A stretch of DNA of 64,000 bases from the NCBI GenBank assembly GCA_002269645.1, contig NIVC01000539.1:166713-230712 (forward strand). Reading direction: 5' to 3'. This DNA comes from Macrostomum lignano. Taxonomy: Eukaryota. Positions 18,001 to 33,809 of the stretch are shown one piece after another. The position numbers were made by a program, and so were the translations under genes. The notes beneath the pieces are model-generated. The model saw nothing but the letters and a program-made list of their open reading frames with translations. It was not told the DNA's origin and did not search any database. The stretch's first letter is position 1, and each line of letters starts with the position of its first letter.

Positions 18001-21000
18001 CTGTCCATGCAGCTCCGATGCCTCTGACACCCACCGATCACACACATCACTCAGCTGTCCATGCAGCTCCGATGCCTCTGACACCCACCGATCACACACA
18101 TCACTCAGCTGTCCATGCAACTCCGATGCCTCTGACACCCACCGATCACACACATCACTCAGCTGTCCATGCAGCTCCGATGCCTCTGACACCCACCGAT
18201 CACACACATCACTCAGCTGTGACCTGTCCATGCAACTCCGATGCCTCTGACACCCACCGATCACACACATCACTCAGCTGTCCATGCAGCTCCGATGCCT
18301 CTGACACCCACCGATCACACACATCACTCAGCTGTGACCATGCAACTCCGATGCCTCTGACACCCACCGATCACACACATCACTCAGCTGTGACCTGTCA
18401 TGCAACTCCGATGCCTCTGACACCCACCGATCACACACATCACTCAGCTGTGACCTGTCCATGCAACTCCGATGCCTCTGACACCCACCGATCACACACA
18501 TCACTCAGCTGTGACCTGTCCATGCAACTCCGATGCCTCTGACACCCACCGATCACACACATCACTCAGCTGTGACCTGTCCATGCAACTCCGATGCCTC
18601 TGACACCCACCGATCACACACATCACTCAGCTGTGACCTGTCCATGCAACTCCGATGCCTCTGACACCCACCGATCACACACATCACTCAGCTGTCCTGT
18701 CCATGCAACTCCGATGCCTCTGACACCCACCGATCACACACATCACTCAGCTGTGACCTGTCCATGCAACTCCGATGCCTCTGACACCCACCGATCACAC
18801 ACATCACTCAGCTGTCCATGCAACTCCGATGCCTCTGACACCCACCGATCACACACATCACTCAGCTGTCCATGCAACTCCGATGCCTCTGACACCCACC
18901 GATCACACACATCACTCAGCTGTCCATGCAACTCCGATGCCTCTGACACCCACCGATCACACACATCACTCAGCTGTGACCTGTCCATGCAACTCCGATG
19001 CCTCTGACACCCACCGATCACACACATCACTCAGCTGTCCATGCAGCTCCGATGCCTCTGACACCCACCGATCACACACATCACTCAGCTGTCCATGCAT
19101 GCTCCGATGCCTCTGACACCCACCGATCACACACATCACTCAGCTGTCCATGCAACTCCGATGCCTCTGACACCCACCGATCACACACATCACTCAGCTG
19201 TCCATGCAGCTCCGATGCCTCTGACACCCACCGATCACACACATCACTCAGCTGTGACCTGTCCATGCAACTCCGATGCCTCTGACACCCACCGATCACA
19301 CACATCACTCAGCTGTCCATGCATGCTCCGATGCCTCTGACACCCACCGATCACACACATCACTCAGCTGTGACCTGTCCATGCAACTCCGATGCCTCTG
19401 ACACCCACCGATCACACACATCACTCAGCTGTCCATGCAACTCCGATGCCTCTGACACCCACCGATCACACACATCACTCAGCTGTCCTGCATGCACTCC
19501 GATGCCTCTGACACCCACCGATCACACACATCACTCAGCTGTGACCATGCAACTCCGATGCCTCTGACACCCACCGATCACACACATCACTCAGCTGTCC
19601 ATGCACTCCGATGCCTCTGACACCCACCGATCACACACATCACTCAGCTGTCCATGCAACTCCGATGCCTCTGACACCCACCGATCACACACATCACTCA
19701 GCTGTGACCTGTCCATGCAACTCCGATGCCTCTGACACCCACCGATCACACACATCACTCAGCTGTGACCTGTCCATGCACTCCGATGCCTCTGACACCC
19801 ACCGATCACACACATCACTCAGCTGTGACCTGTCCATGCAACTCCGATGCCTCTGACACCCACCGATCACACACATCACTCAGCTGTGACCTGTCCATGC
19901 AACTCCGATGCCTCTGACACCCACCGATCACACACATCACTCAGCTGTCCATGCAACTCCGATGCCTCTGACACCCACCGATCACACACATCACTCAGCT
20001 GTGACCTGTCCATGCAACTCCGATGCCTCTGACACCCACCGATCACACACATCACTCAGCTGTGACCTGTCCATGCAACTCCGATGCCTCTGACACCCAC
20101 CGATCACACACATCACTCAGCTGTCCATGCACTCCGATGCCTCTGACACCCACCGATCACACACATCACTCAGCTGTGACCTGTCCATGCAACTCCGATG
20201 CCTCTGACACCCACCGATCACACACATCACTCAGCTGTGACCTGCATGCTCCGATGCCTCTGACACCCACCGATCACACACATCACTCAGCTGTGACCTG
20301 TCCATGCAACTCCGATGCCTCTGACACCCACCGATCACACACATCACTCAGCTGTCCTGTCCATGCACTCCGATGCCTCTGACACCCACCGATCACACAC
20401 ATCACTCAGCTGTCCTGTCCATGCAACTCCGATGCCTCTGACACCCACCGATCACACACATCACTCAGCTGTCCATGCAACTCCGATGCCTCTGACACCC
20501 ACCGATCACACACATCACTCAGCTGTCCATGCATGCTCCGATGCCTCTGACACCCACCGATCACACACATCACTCAGCTGTCCATGCAACTCCGATGCCT
20601 CTGACACCCACCGATCACACACATCACTCAGCTGTCCATGCATGCAACTCCGATGCCTCTGACACCCACCGATCACACACATCACTCAGCTGTCCATGCA
20701 ACTCCGATGCCTCTGACACCCACCGATCACACACATCACTCAGCTGTCCATGCACTCCGATGCCTCTGACACCCACCGATCACACACATCACTCAGCTGT
20801 CCTGCCATGCAACTCCGATGCCTCTGACACCCACCGATCACACACATCACTCAGCTGTGACCTGTCCATGCAACTCCGATGCCTCTGACACCCACCGATC
20901 ACACACATCACTCAGCTGTCCATGCACTCCGATGCCTCTGACACCCACCGATCACACACATCACTCAGCTGTCCTGTCCATGCAACTCCGATGCCTCTGA

Positions 21001-24000
21001 CACCCACCGATCACACACATCACTCAGCTGTCCATGCAACTCCGATGCCTCTGACACCCACCGATCACACACATCACTCAGCTGTCCTGTCCATGCAACT
21101 CCGATGCCTCTGACACCCACCGATCACACACATCACTCAGCTGTCCATGCAACTCCGATGCCTCTGACACCCACCGATCACACACATCACTCAGCTGTCC
21201 ATGCCATGCAACTCCGATGCCTCTGACACCCACCGATCACACACATCACTCAGCTGTCCATGCAGCTCCGATGCCTCTGACACCCACCGATCACACACAT
21301 CACTCAGCTGTCCTGTCCATGCAACTCCGATGCCTCTGACACCCACCGATCACACACATCACTCAGCTGTGACCTGTCCATGCAACTCCGATGCCTCTGA
21401 CACCCACCGATCACACACATCACTCAGCTGTGACCTGTCCATGCAACTCCGATGCCTCTGACACCCACCGATCACACACATCACTCAGCTGTGACCTGTC
21501 CATGCAACTCCGATGCCTCTGACACCCACCGATCACACACATCACTCAGCTGTGACCTGTCCATGCAACTCCGATGCCTCTGACACCCACCGATCACACA
21601 CATCACTCAGCTGTCCATGCAGCTCCGATGCCTCTGACACCCACCGATCACACACATCACTCAGCTGTCCATGCAGCTCCGATGCCTCTGACACCCACCG
21701 ATCACACACATCACTCAGCTGTCCTGCATGCAACTCCGATGCCTCTGACACCCACCGATCACACACATCACTCAGCTGTCCATGCACTCCGATGCCTCTG
21801 ACACCCACCGATCACACACATCACTCAGCTGTCCATGCACTCCGATGCCTCTGACACCCACCGATCACACACATCACTCAGCTGTGACCTGTCCATGCAA
21901 CTCCGATGCCTCTGACACCCACCGATCACACACATCACTCAGCTGTCCATGCAACTCCGATGCCTCTGACACCCACCGATCACACACATCACTCAGCTGT
22001 GACCTGTCCATGCAACTCCGATGCCTCTGACACCCACCGATCACACACATCACTCAGCTGTCCATGCATGCTCCGATGCCTCTGACACCCACCGATCACA
22101 CACATCACTCAGCTGTGACCTGTCCATGCAACTCCGATGCCTCTGACACCCACCGATCACACACATCACTCAGCTGTGACCTGTCCATGCAACTCCGATG
22201 CCTCTGACACCCACCGATCACACACATCACTCAGCTGTCCATGCAACTCCGATGCCTCTGACACCCACCGATCACACACATCACTCAGCTGTGACCTGTC
22301 CATGCAACTCCGATGCCTCTGACACCCACCGATCACACACATCACTCAGCTGTCCATGCAACTCCGATGCCTCTGACACCCACCGATCACACACATCACT
22401 CAGCTGTCCATGCAACTCCGATGCCTCTGACACCCACCGATCACACACATCACTCAGCTGTGTCCATGCAACTCCGATGCCTCTGACACCCACCGATCAC
22501 ACACATCACTCAGCTGTGACCTGTCCATGCAACTCCGATGCCTCTGACACCCACCGATCACACACATCACTCAGCTGTCCTGTCCATGCAACTCCGATGC
22601 CTCTGACACCCACCGATCACACACATCACTCAGCTGTGACCTGTCATGCAACTCCGATGCCTCTGACACCCACCGATCACACACATCACTCAGCTGTGAC
22701 CTGTCCATGCAACTCCGATGCCTCTGACACCCACCGATCACACACATCACTCAGCTGTGACCATGTCATGCAACTCCGATGCCTCTGACACCCACCGATC
22801 ACACACATCACTCAGCTGTCCATGCAACTCCGATGCCTCTGACACCCACCGATCACACACATCACTCAGCTGTCCATGCAGCTCCGATGCCTCTGACACC
22901 CACCGATCACACACATCACTCAGCTGTCCATGCAGCTCCGATGCCTCTGACACCCACCGATCACACACATCACTCAGCTGTCCATGCAACTCCGATGCCT
23001 CTGACACCCACCGATCACACACATCACTCAGCTGTCCATGTCCATGCAACTCCGATGCCTCTGACACCCACCGATCACACACATCACTCAGCTGTCCATG
23101 CAACTCCGATGCCTCTGACACCCACCGATCACACACATCACTCAGCTGTGACCTGTCCATGCAACTCCGATGCCTCTGACACCCACCGATCACACACATC
23201 ACTCAGCTGTCCATGCAACTCCGATGCCTCTGACACCCACCGATCACACACATCACTCAGCTGTCCATGCATGCTCCGATGCCTCTGACACCCACCGATC
23301 ACACACATCACTCAGCTGTCCATGCAGCTCCGATGCCTCTGACACCCACCGATCACACACATCACTCAGCTGTCCATGCAGCTCCGATGCCTCTGACACC
23401 CACCGATCACACACATCACTCAGCTGTCCATGCAACTCCGATGCCTCTGACACCCACCGATCACACACATCACTCAGCTGTCCATGCAGCTCCGATGCCT
23501 CTGACACCCACCGATCACACACATCACTCAGCTGTCCATGCAACTCCGATGCCTCTGACACCCACCGATCACACACATCACTCAGCTGTCCATGCAACTC
23601 CGATGCCTCTGACACCCACCGATCACACACATCACTCAGCTGTCCTGTCCATGCAACTCCGATGCCTCTGACACCCACCGATCACACACATCACTCAGCT
23701 GTCCTGTCCATGCAACTCCGATGCCTCTGACACCCACCGATCACACACATCACTCAGCTGTGACCATGCAACTCCGATGCCTCTGACACCCACCGATCAC
23801 ACACATGCCTCTGACCTCCACCGATCACACACATCACTCAGCTGTGACCTGTCCATGCAACTCCGATGCCTCTGACACCCACCGATCACACACATCACTC
23901 AGCTGTGTCCATGCAACTCCGATGCCTCTGACACCCACCGATCACACACATCACTCAGCTGTGACCATGCAACTCCGATGCCTCTGACACCCACCGATCA

Positions 24001-27000
24001 CACACATCACTCAGCTGTCCATGCATGCTCCGATGCCTCTGACACCCACCGATCACACACATCACTCAGCTGTGACCTGTCCATGCAACTCCGATGCCTC
24101 TGACACCCACCGATCACACACATCACTCAGCTGTGACCTGTCCATGCAACTCCGATGCCTCTGACACCCACCGATCACACACATCACTCAGCTGTCCATG
24201 CAGCTCCGATGCCTCTGACACCCACCGATCACACACATCACTCAGCTGTCCATGCAACTCCGATGCCTCTGACACCCACCGATCACACACATCACTCAGC
24301 TGTCCATGCAACTCCGATGCCTCTGACACCCACCGATCACACACATCACTCAGCTGTGACCTGTCAGCTCCGATGCCTCTGACACCCACCGATCACACAC
24401 ATCACTCAGCTGTCCATGCAGCTCCGATGCCTCTGACACCCACCGATCACACACATCACTCAGCTGTCCATGCAACTCCGATGCCTCTGACACCCACCGA
24501 TCACACACATCACTCAGCTGTCCATGCAACTCCGATGCCTCTGACACCCACCGATCACACACATCACTCAGCTGTCCTGTCCATGCAACTCCGATGCCTC
24601 TGACACCCACCGATCACACACATCACTCAGCTGTGACCTGTCATGCAACTCCGATGCCTCTGACACCCACCGATCACACACATCACTCAGCTGTGACCTG
24701 CATGCTCCGATGCCTCTGACACCCACCGATCACACACATCACTCAGCTGTCCATGCAACTCCGATGCCTCTGACACCCACCGATCACACACATCACTCAG
24801 CTGTCCATGCAGCTCCGATGCCTCTGACACCCACCGATCACACACATCACTCAGCTGTGACCTGTCCATGCTCCGATGCCTCTGACACCCACCGATCACA
24901 CACATCACTCAGCTGTCCATGCACTCCGATGCCTCTGACACCCACCGATCACACACATCACTCAGCTGTGACCTGTCCATGCAACTCCGATGCCTCTGAC
25001 ACCCACCGATCACACACATCACTCAGCTGTGACCTGTCCATGCAACTCCGATGCCTCTGACACCCACCGATCACACACATCACTCAGCTGTGACCTGTCA
25101 TGCTCCGATGCCTCTGACACCCACCGATCACACACATCACTCAGCTGTGACCTGTCCATGCTCCGATGCCTCTGACACCCACCGATCACACACATCACTC
25201 AGCTGTGACCTGTCCATGCAACTCCGATGCCTCTGACACCCACCGATCACACACATCACTCAGCTGTCCATGCAGCTCCGATGCCTCTGACACCCACCGA
25301 TCACACACATCACTCAGCTGTCCATGCAGCTCCGATGCCTCTGACACCCACCGATCACACACATCACTCAGCTGTCCATGCAGCTCCGATGCCTCTGACA
25401 CCCACCGATCACACACATCACTCAGCTGTCCATGCAGCTCCGATGCCTCTGACACCCACCGATCACACACATCACTCAGCTGTCCATGCAGCTCCGATGC
25501 CTCTGACACCCACCGATCACACACATCACTCAGCTGTCCTGCATGCAACTCCGATGCCTCTGACACCCACCGATCACACACATCACTCAGCTGTCCATGC
25601 AGCTCCGATGCCTCTGACACCCACCGATCACACACATCACTCAGCTGTGACCTGTCCATGCAACTCCGATGCCTCTGACACCCACCGATCACACACATCA
25701 CTCAGCTGTGACCTGTCCATGCAACTCCGATGCCTCTGACACCCACCGATCACACACATCACTCAGCTGTCCATGCATGCAACTCCGATGCCTCTGACAC
25801 CCACCGATCACACACATCACTCAGCTGTGACCTGTCCATGCAACTCCGATGCCTCTGACACCCACCGATCACACACATCACTCAGCTGTCCTGTCCATGC
25901 AACTCCGATGCCTCTGACACCCACCGATCACACACATCACTCAGCTGTGACCTGTCCATGCAACTCCGATGCCTCTGACACCCACCGATCACACACATCA
26001 CTCAGCTGTCCATGCAACTCCGATGCCTCTGACACCCACCGATCACACACATCACTCAGCTGTCCATGCAACTCCGATGCCTCTGACACCCACCGATCAC
26101 ACACATCACTCAGCTGTCCATGCATGCTCCGATGCCTCTGACACCCACCGATCACACACATCACTCAGCTGTCCTGTCCATGCAACTCCGATGCCTCTGA
26201 CACCCACCGATCACACACATCACTCAGCTGTGACCTGTCCATGCTCCGATGCCTCTGACACCCACCGATCACACACATCACTCAGCTGTGACCTGTCCAT
26301 GCAACTCCGATGCCTCTGACACCCACCGATCACACACATCACTCAGCTGTCCATGCAACTCCGATGCCTCTGACACCCACCGATCACACACATCACTCAG
26401 CTGTCCATGCAACTCCGATGCCTCTGACACCCACCGATCACACACATCACTCAGCTGTCCATGCATGCTCCGATGCCTCTGACACCCACCGATCACACAC
26501 ATCACTCAGCTGTCCTGTCATGCAACTCCGATGCCTCTGACACCCACCGATCACACACATCACTCAGCTGTCCATGCAGCTCCGATGCCTCTGACACCCA
26601 CCGATCACACACATCACTCAGCTGTGACCTGTCCATGCAACTCCGATGCCTCTGACACCCACCGATCACACACATCACTCAGCTGTGACCTGTCCATGCA
26701 ACTCCGATGCCTCTGACACCCACCGATCACACACATCACTCAGCTGTGACCTGTCCATGCAACTCCGATGCCTCTGACACCCACCGATCACACACATCAC
26801 TCAGCTGTGACCTGTCCATGCAACTCCGATGCCTCTGACACCCACCGATCACACACATCACTCAGCTGTGACCTGTCCATGCAACTCCGATGCCTCTGAC
26901 ACCCACCGATCACACACATCACTCAGCTGTGACCTGTCCATGCAACTCCGATGCCTCTGACACCCACCGATCACACACATCACTCAGCTGTGACCTGTCC

Positions 27001-30000
27001 ATGCAACTCCGATGCCTCTGACACCCACCGATCACACACATCACTCAGCTGTCCATGCAGCTCCGATGCCTCTGACACCCACCGATCACACACATCACTC
27101 AGCTGTGACCTGTCCATGCAACTCCGATGCCTCTGACACCCACCGATCACACACATCACTCAGCTGTGACCTGTCCATGCAACTCCGATGCCTCTGACAC
27201 CCACCGATCACACACATCACTCAGCTGTCCATGCAACTCCGATGCCTCTGACACCCACCGATCACACACATCACTCAGCTGTCCATGCAGCTCCGATGCC
27301 TCTGACACCCACCGATCACACACATCACTCAGCTGTCCATGCAACTCCGATGCCTCTGACACCCACCGATCACACACATCACTCAGCTGTCCATGCAGCT
27401 CCGATGCCTCTGACACCCACCGATCACACACATCACTCAGCTGTCCATGCAGCTCCGATGCCTCTGACACCCACCGATCACACACATCACTCAGCTGTCC
27501 ATGCAGCTCCGATGCCTCTGACACCCACCGATCACACACATCACTCAGCTGTCCATGCAGCTCCGATGCCTCTGACACCCACCGATCACACACATCACTC
27601 AGCTGTCCATGTCCATGCTCCGATGCCTCTGACACCCACCGATCACACACATCACTCAGCTGTGACCTGTCCATGCAACTCCGATGCCTCTGACACCCAC
27701 CGATCACACACATCACTCAGCTGTGACCTGTCCATGCAACTCCGATGCCTCTGACACCCACCGATCACACACATCACTCAGCTGTCCTGTCCATGCAACT
27801 CCGATGCCTCTGACACCCACCGATCACACACATCACTCAGCTGTCCATGCAGCTCCGATGCCTCTGACACCCACCGATCACACACATCACTCAGCTGTCC
27901 ATGCAGCTCCGATGCCTCTGACACCCACCGATCACACACATCACTCAGCTGTGACCTGTCCATGCAACTCCGATGCCTCTGACACCCACCGATCACACAC
28001 ATCACTCAGCTGTGACCTGTCCATGCAACTCCGATGCCTCTGACACCCACCGATCACACACATCACTCAGCTGTGACCTGTCCATGCAACTCCGATGCCT
28101 CTGACACCCACCGATCACACACATCACTCAGCTGTCCATGCAGCTCCGATGCCTCTGACACCCACCGATCACACACATCACTCAGCTGTCCATGCAACTC
28201 CGATGCCTCTGACACCCACCGATCACACACATCACTCAGCTGTCCATGCAGCTCCGATGCCTCTGACACCCACCGATCACACACATCACTCAGCTGTCCA
28301 TGCAACTCCGATGCCTCTGACACCCACCGATCACACACATCACTCAGCTGTCCATGCAGCTCCGATGCCTCTGACACCCACCGATCACACACATCACTCA
28401 GCTGTCCTGTCCATGCAACTCCGATGCCTCTGACACCCACCGATCACACACATCACTCAGCTGTGACCATGCAGCTCCGATGCCTCTGACACCCACCGAT
28501 CACACACATCACTCAGCTGTCCATGCAGCTCCGATGCCTCTGACACCCACCGATCACACACATCACTCAGCTGTCCATGCAACTCCGATGCCTCTGACAC
28601 CCACCGATCACACACATCACTCAGCTGTGACCTGTCCATGCAACTCCGATGCCTCTGACACCCACCGATCACACACATCACTCAGCTGTGACCTGTCCAT
28701 GCAACTCCGATGCCTCTGACACCCACCGATCACACACATCACTCAGCTGTGACCTGTCCATGCAACTCCGATGCCTCTGACACCCACCGATCACACACAT
28801 CACTCAGCTGTGACCTGTCCATGCAACTCCGATGCCTCTGACACCCACCGATCACACACATCACTCAGCTGTCCATGCAGCTCCGATGCCTCTGACACCC
28901 ACCGATCACACACATCACTCAGCTGTGACCTGTCCATGCAACTCCGATGCCTCTGACACCCACCGATCACACACATCACTCAGCTGTGACCTGTCCATGC
29001 AACTCCGATGCCTCTGACACCCACCGATCACACACATCACTCAGCTGTCCATGCAGCTCCGATGCCTCTGACACCCACCGATCACACACATCACTCAGCT
29101 GTCCATGCAGCTCCGATGCCTCTGACACCCACCGATCACACACATCACTCAGCTGTCCATGCAGCTCCGATGCCTCTGACACCCACCGATCACACACATC
29201 ACTCAGCTGTCCATGCAGCTCCGATGCCTCTGACACCCACCGATCACACACATCACTCAGCTGTCCATGCAGCTCCGATGCCTCTGACACCCACCGATCA
29301 CACACATCACTCAGCTGTCCATGCAGCTCCGATGCCTCTGACACCCACCGATCACACACATCACTCAGCTGTCCATGCATGCTCCGATGCCTCTGACACC
29401 CACCGATCACACACATCACTCAGCTGTGACCTGTCCATGCAACTCCGATGCCTCTGACACCCACCGATCACACACATCACTCAGCTGTGACCTGTCCATG
29501 CAACTCCGATGCCTCTGACACCCACCGATCACACACATCACTCAGCTGTGACCTGTCCATGCAACTCCGATGCCTCTGACACCCACCGATCACACACATC
29601 ACTCAGCTGTCCATGCAGCTCCGATGCCTCTGACACCCACCGATCACACACATCACTCAGCTGTCCATGCAGCTCCGATGCCTCTGACACCCACCGATCA
29701 CACACATCACTCAGCTGTCCATGCAACTCCGATGCCTCTGACACCCACCGATCACACACATCACTCAGCTGTCCATGCAGCTCCGATGCCTCTGACACCC
29801 ACCGATCACACACATCACTCAGCTGTCCATGCAGCTCCGATGCCTCTGACACCCACCGATCACACACATCACTCAGCTGTGACCTGTCCATGCAACTCCG
29901 ATGCCTCTGACACCCACCGATCACACACATCACTCAGCTGTGACCTGTCCATGCAACTCCGATGCCTCTGACACCCACCGATCACACACATCACTCAGCT

Positions 30001-33000
30001 GTGACCTGTCCATGCAACTCCGATGCCTCTGACACCCACCGATCACACACATCACTCAGCTGTGACCTGTCCATGCAACTCCGATGCCTCTGACACCCAC
30101 CGATCACACACATCACTCAGCTGTCCATGCAGCTCCGATGCCTCTGACACCCACCGATCACACACATCACTCAGCTGTCCATGCAGCTCCGATGCCTCTG
30201 ACACCCACCGATCACACACATCACTCAGCTGTCCATGCAGCTCCGATGCCTCTGACACCCACCGATCACACACATCACTCAGCTGTCCATGCAGCTCCGA
30301 TGCCTCTGACACCCACCGATCACACACATCACTCAGCTGTGACCTGTCCATGCAACTCCGATGCCTCTGACACCCACCGATCACACACATCACTCAGCTG
30401 TGACCTGTCCATGCAACTCCGATGCCTCTGACACCCACCGATCACACACATCACTCAGCTGTCCATGCATGCAACTCCGATGCCTCTGACACCCACCGAT
30501 CACACACATCACTCAGCTGTGACCTGTCCATGCAACTCCGATGCCTCTGACACCCACCGATCACACACATCACTCAGCTGTCCATGCAGCTCCGATGCCT
30601 CTGACACCCACCGATCACACACATCACTCAGCTGTCCATGCAGCTCCGATGCCTCTGACACCCACCGATCACACACATCACTCAGCTGTGACCTGTCCAT
30701 GCAACTCCGATGCCTCTGACACCCACCGATCACACACATCACTCAGCTGTGACCTGTCCATGCAACTCCGATGCCTCTGACACCCACCGATCACACACAT
30801 CACTCAGCTGTCCATGCAACTCCGATGCCTCTGACACCCACCGATCACACACATCACTCAGCTGTCCATGCAACTCCGATGCCTCTGACACCCACCGATC
30901 ACACACATCACTCAGCTGTCCATGCAGCTCCGATGCCTCTGACACCCACCGATCACACACATCACTCAGCTGTCCATGCAACTCCGATGCCTCTGACACC
31001 CACCGATCACACACATCACTCAGCTGTGACCTGTCCATGCAACTCCGATGCCTCTGACACCCACCGATCACACACATCACTCAGCTGTGACCTGTCCATG
31101 CAACTCCGATGCCTCTGACACCCACCGATCACACACATCACTCAGCTGTGACCTGTCCATGCAACTCCGATGCCTCTGACACCCACCGATCACACACATC
31201 ACTCAGCTGTGACCTGTCCATGCAACTCCGATGCCTCTGACACCCACCGATCACACACATCACTCAGCTGTGACCTGTCCATGCAACTCCGATGCCTCTG
31301 ACACCCACCGATCACACACATCACTCAGCTGTCCTGCCATGCAACTCCGATGCCTCTGACACCCACCGATCACACACATCACTCAGCTGTCCATGCAACT
31401 CCGATGCCTCTGACACCCACCGATCACACACATCACTCAGCTGTCCATGCAACTCCGATGCCTCTGACACCCACCGATCACACACATCACTCAGCTGTCC
31501 ATGCATGCTCCGATGCCTCTGACACCCACCGATCACACACATCACTCAGCTGTCCATGCAGCTCCGATGCCTCTGACACCCACCGATCACACACATCACT
31601 CAGCTGTCCATGCAACTCCGATGCCTCTGACACCCACCGATCACACACATCACTCAGCTGTCCATGCAGCTCCGATGCCTCTGACACCCACCGATCACAC
31701 ACATCACTCAGCTGTCCATGCAGCTCCGATGCCTCTGACACCCACCGATCACACACATCACTCAGCTGTCCATGCAGCTCCGATGCCTCTGACACCCACC
31801 GATCACACACATCACTCAGCTGTCCATGCAACTCCGATGCCTCTGACACCCACCGATCACACACATCACTCAGCTGTCCATGCATGCTCCGATGCCTCTG
31901 ACACCCACCGATCACACACATCACTCAGCTGTCCATGCAGCTCCGATGCCTCTGACACCCACCGATCACACACATCACTCAGCTGTCCATGCAGCTCCGA
32001 TGCCTCTGACACCCACCGATCACACACATCACTCAGCTGTGACCTGTCCATGCAACTCCGATGCCTCTGACACCCACCGATCACACACATCACTCAGCTG
32101 TGACCTGTCCATGCAACTCCGATGCCTCTGACACCCACCGATCACACACATCACTCAGCTGTCCATGCAGCTCCGATGCCTCTGACACCCACCGATCACA
32201 CACATCACTCAGCTGTGACCTGTCCATGCAACTCCGATGCCTCTGACACCCACCGATCACACACATCACTCAGCTGTGACCTGTCCATGCAACTCCGATG
32301 CCTCTGACACCCACCGATCACACACATCACTCAGCTGTGACCTGTCCATGCAACTCCGATGCCTCTGACACCCACCGATCACACACATCACTCAGCTGTC
32401 CATGCAGCTCCGATGCCTCTGACACCCACCGATCACACACATCACTCAGCTGTCCATGCAGCTCCGATGCCTCTGACACCCACCGATCACACACATCACT
32501 CAGCTGTCCATGCAGCTCCGATGCCTCTGACACCCACCGATCACACACATCACTCAGCTGTGACCTGTCCATGCAACTCCGATGCCTCTGACACCCACCG
32601 ATCACACACATCACTCAGCTGTGACCTGTCCATGCAACTCCGATGCCTCTGACACCCACCGATCACACACATCACTCAGCTGTGACCTGTCCATGCAACT
32701 CCGATGCCTCTGACACCCACCGATCACACACATCACTCAGCTGTCCATGCAACTCCGATGCCTCTGACACCCACCGATCACACACATCACTCAGCTGTCC
32801 ATGCAGCTCCGATGCCTCTGACACCCACCGATCACACACATCACTCAGCTGTCCATGCAGCTCCGATGCCTCTGACACCCACCGATCACACACATCACTC
32901 AGCTGTCCATGCAGCTCCGATGCCTCTGACACCCACCGATCACACACATCACTCAGCTGTCCATGCAGCTCCGATGCCTCTGACACCCACCGATCACACA

Positions 33001-33774
33001 CATCACTCAGCTGTGACCTGTCCATGCAACTCCGATGCCTCTGACACCCACCGATCACACACATCACTCAGCTGTCCATGCAGCTCCGATGCCTCTGACA
33101 CCCACCGATCACACACATCACTCAGCTGTCCATGCAGCTCCGATGCCTCTGACACCCACCGATCACACACATCACTCAGCTGTCCATGCAGCTCCGATGC
33201 CTCTGACACCCACCGATCACACACATCACTCAGCTGTCCATGCAACTCCGATGCCTCTGACACCCACCGATCACACACATCACTCAGCTGTCCATGCAGC
33301 TCCGATGCCTCTGACACCCACCGATCACACACATCACTCAGCTGTCCATGCAGCTCCGATGCCTCTGACACCCACCGATCACACACATCACTCAGCTGTC
33401 CATGCAGCTCCGATGCCTCTGACACCCACCGATCACACACATCACTCAGCTGTCCATGCAGCTCCGATGCCTCTGACACCCACCGATCACACACATCACT
33501 CAGCTGTCCATGCAACTCCGATGCCTCTGACACCCACCGATCACACACATCACTCAGCTGTCCATGCAACTCCGATGCCTCTGACACCCACGATCACACA
33601 CATCACTCAGCTGTCCATGCAACTCCGATGCCTCTGACACCCACCGATCACACACATCACTCAGCTGTCCATGCAACTCCGATGCCTCTGACACCCACGA
33701 TCACACACATCACTCAGCTGTCCATGCAACTCCGATGGACTCTGACAACTCCGACTCTGATCACACACATCACT
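1..33774. repeat. Satellite array, 54/61-bp monomers (about 590 copies; continues off the left edge)
   Basis: Invariant core CTCCGATGCCTCTGACACCCACCGATCACACACATCACTCAGCTGT (46 bp) followed by linker CCATGCAA (54-bp unit), CCATGCAG (54) or GACCTGTCCATGCAA (61), plus rarer hybrid linkers. The last unit (33730-33774) is degenerate. Confidence 0.99.
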
Positions 33775-33809
33775 ACGCCCACAAGACTTGCTGTTTTGTA
33801 CAACTTCAG

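Noticed and set aside
39-33637. Hundreds of His/Ser/Thr-rich ORFs (MPLTPTDHTHHSAV..., SDASDTHRSH..., LSDVCDRWVSEASELHGQ)
   Set aside because: They are translations of a 54-bp (multiple of 3) monomer that lacks stops in some frames; frames switch at each 61-bp unit; no gene structure.
1-33774. CRISPR-like array (constant 46-bp repeat plus variable spacer)
   Set aside because: Linkers are only 7-15 bp and drawn from a few related variants, not unique spacers; no cas genes; eukaryotic context.
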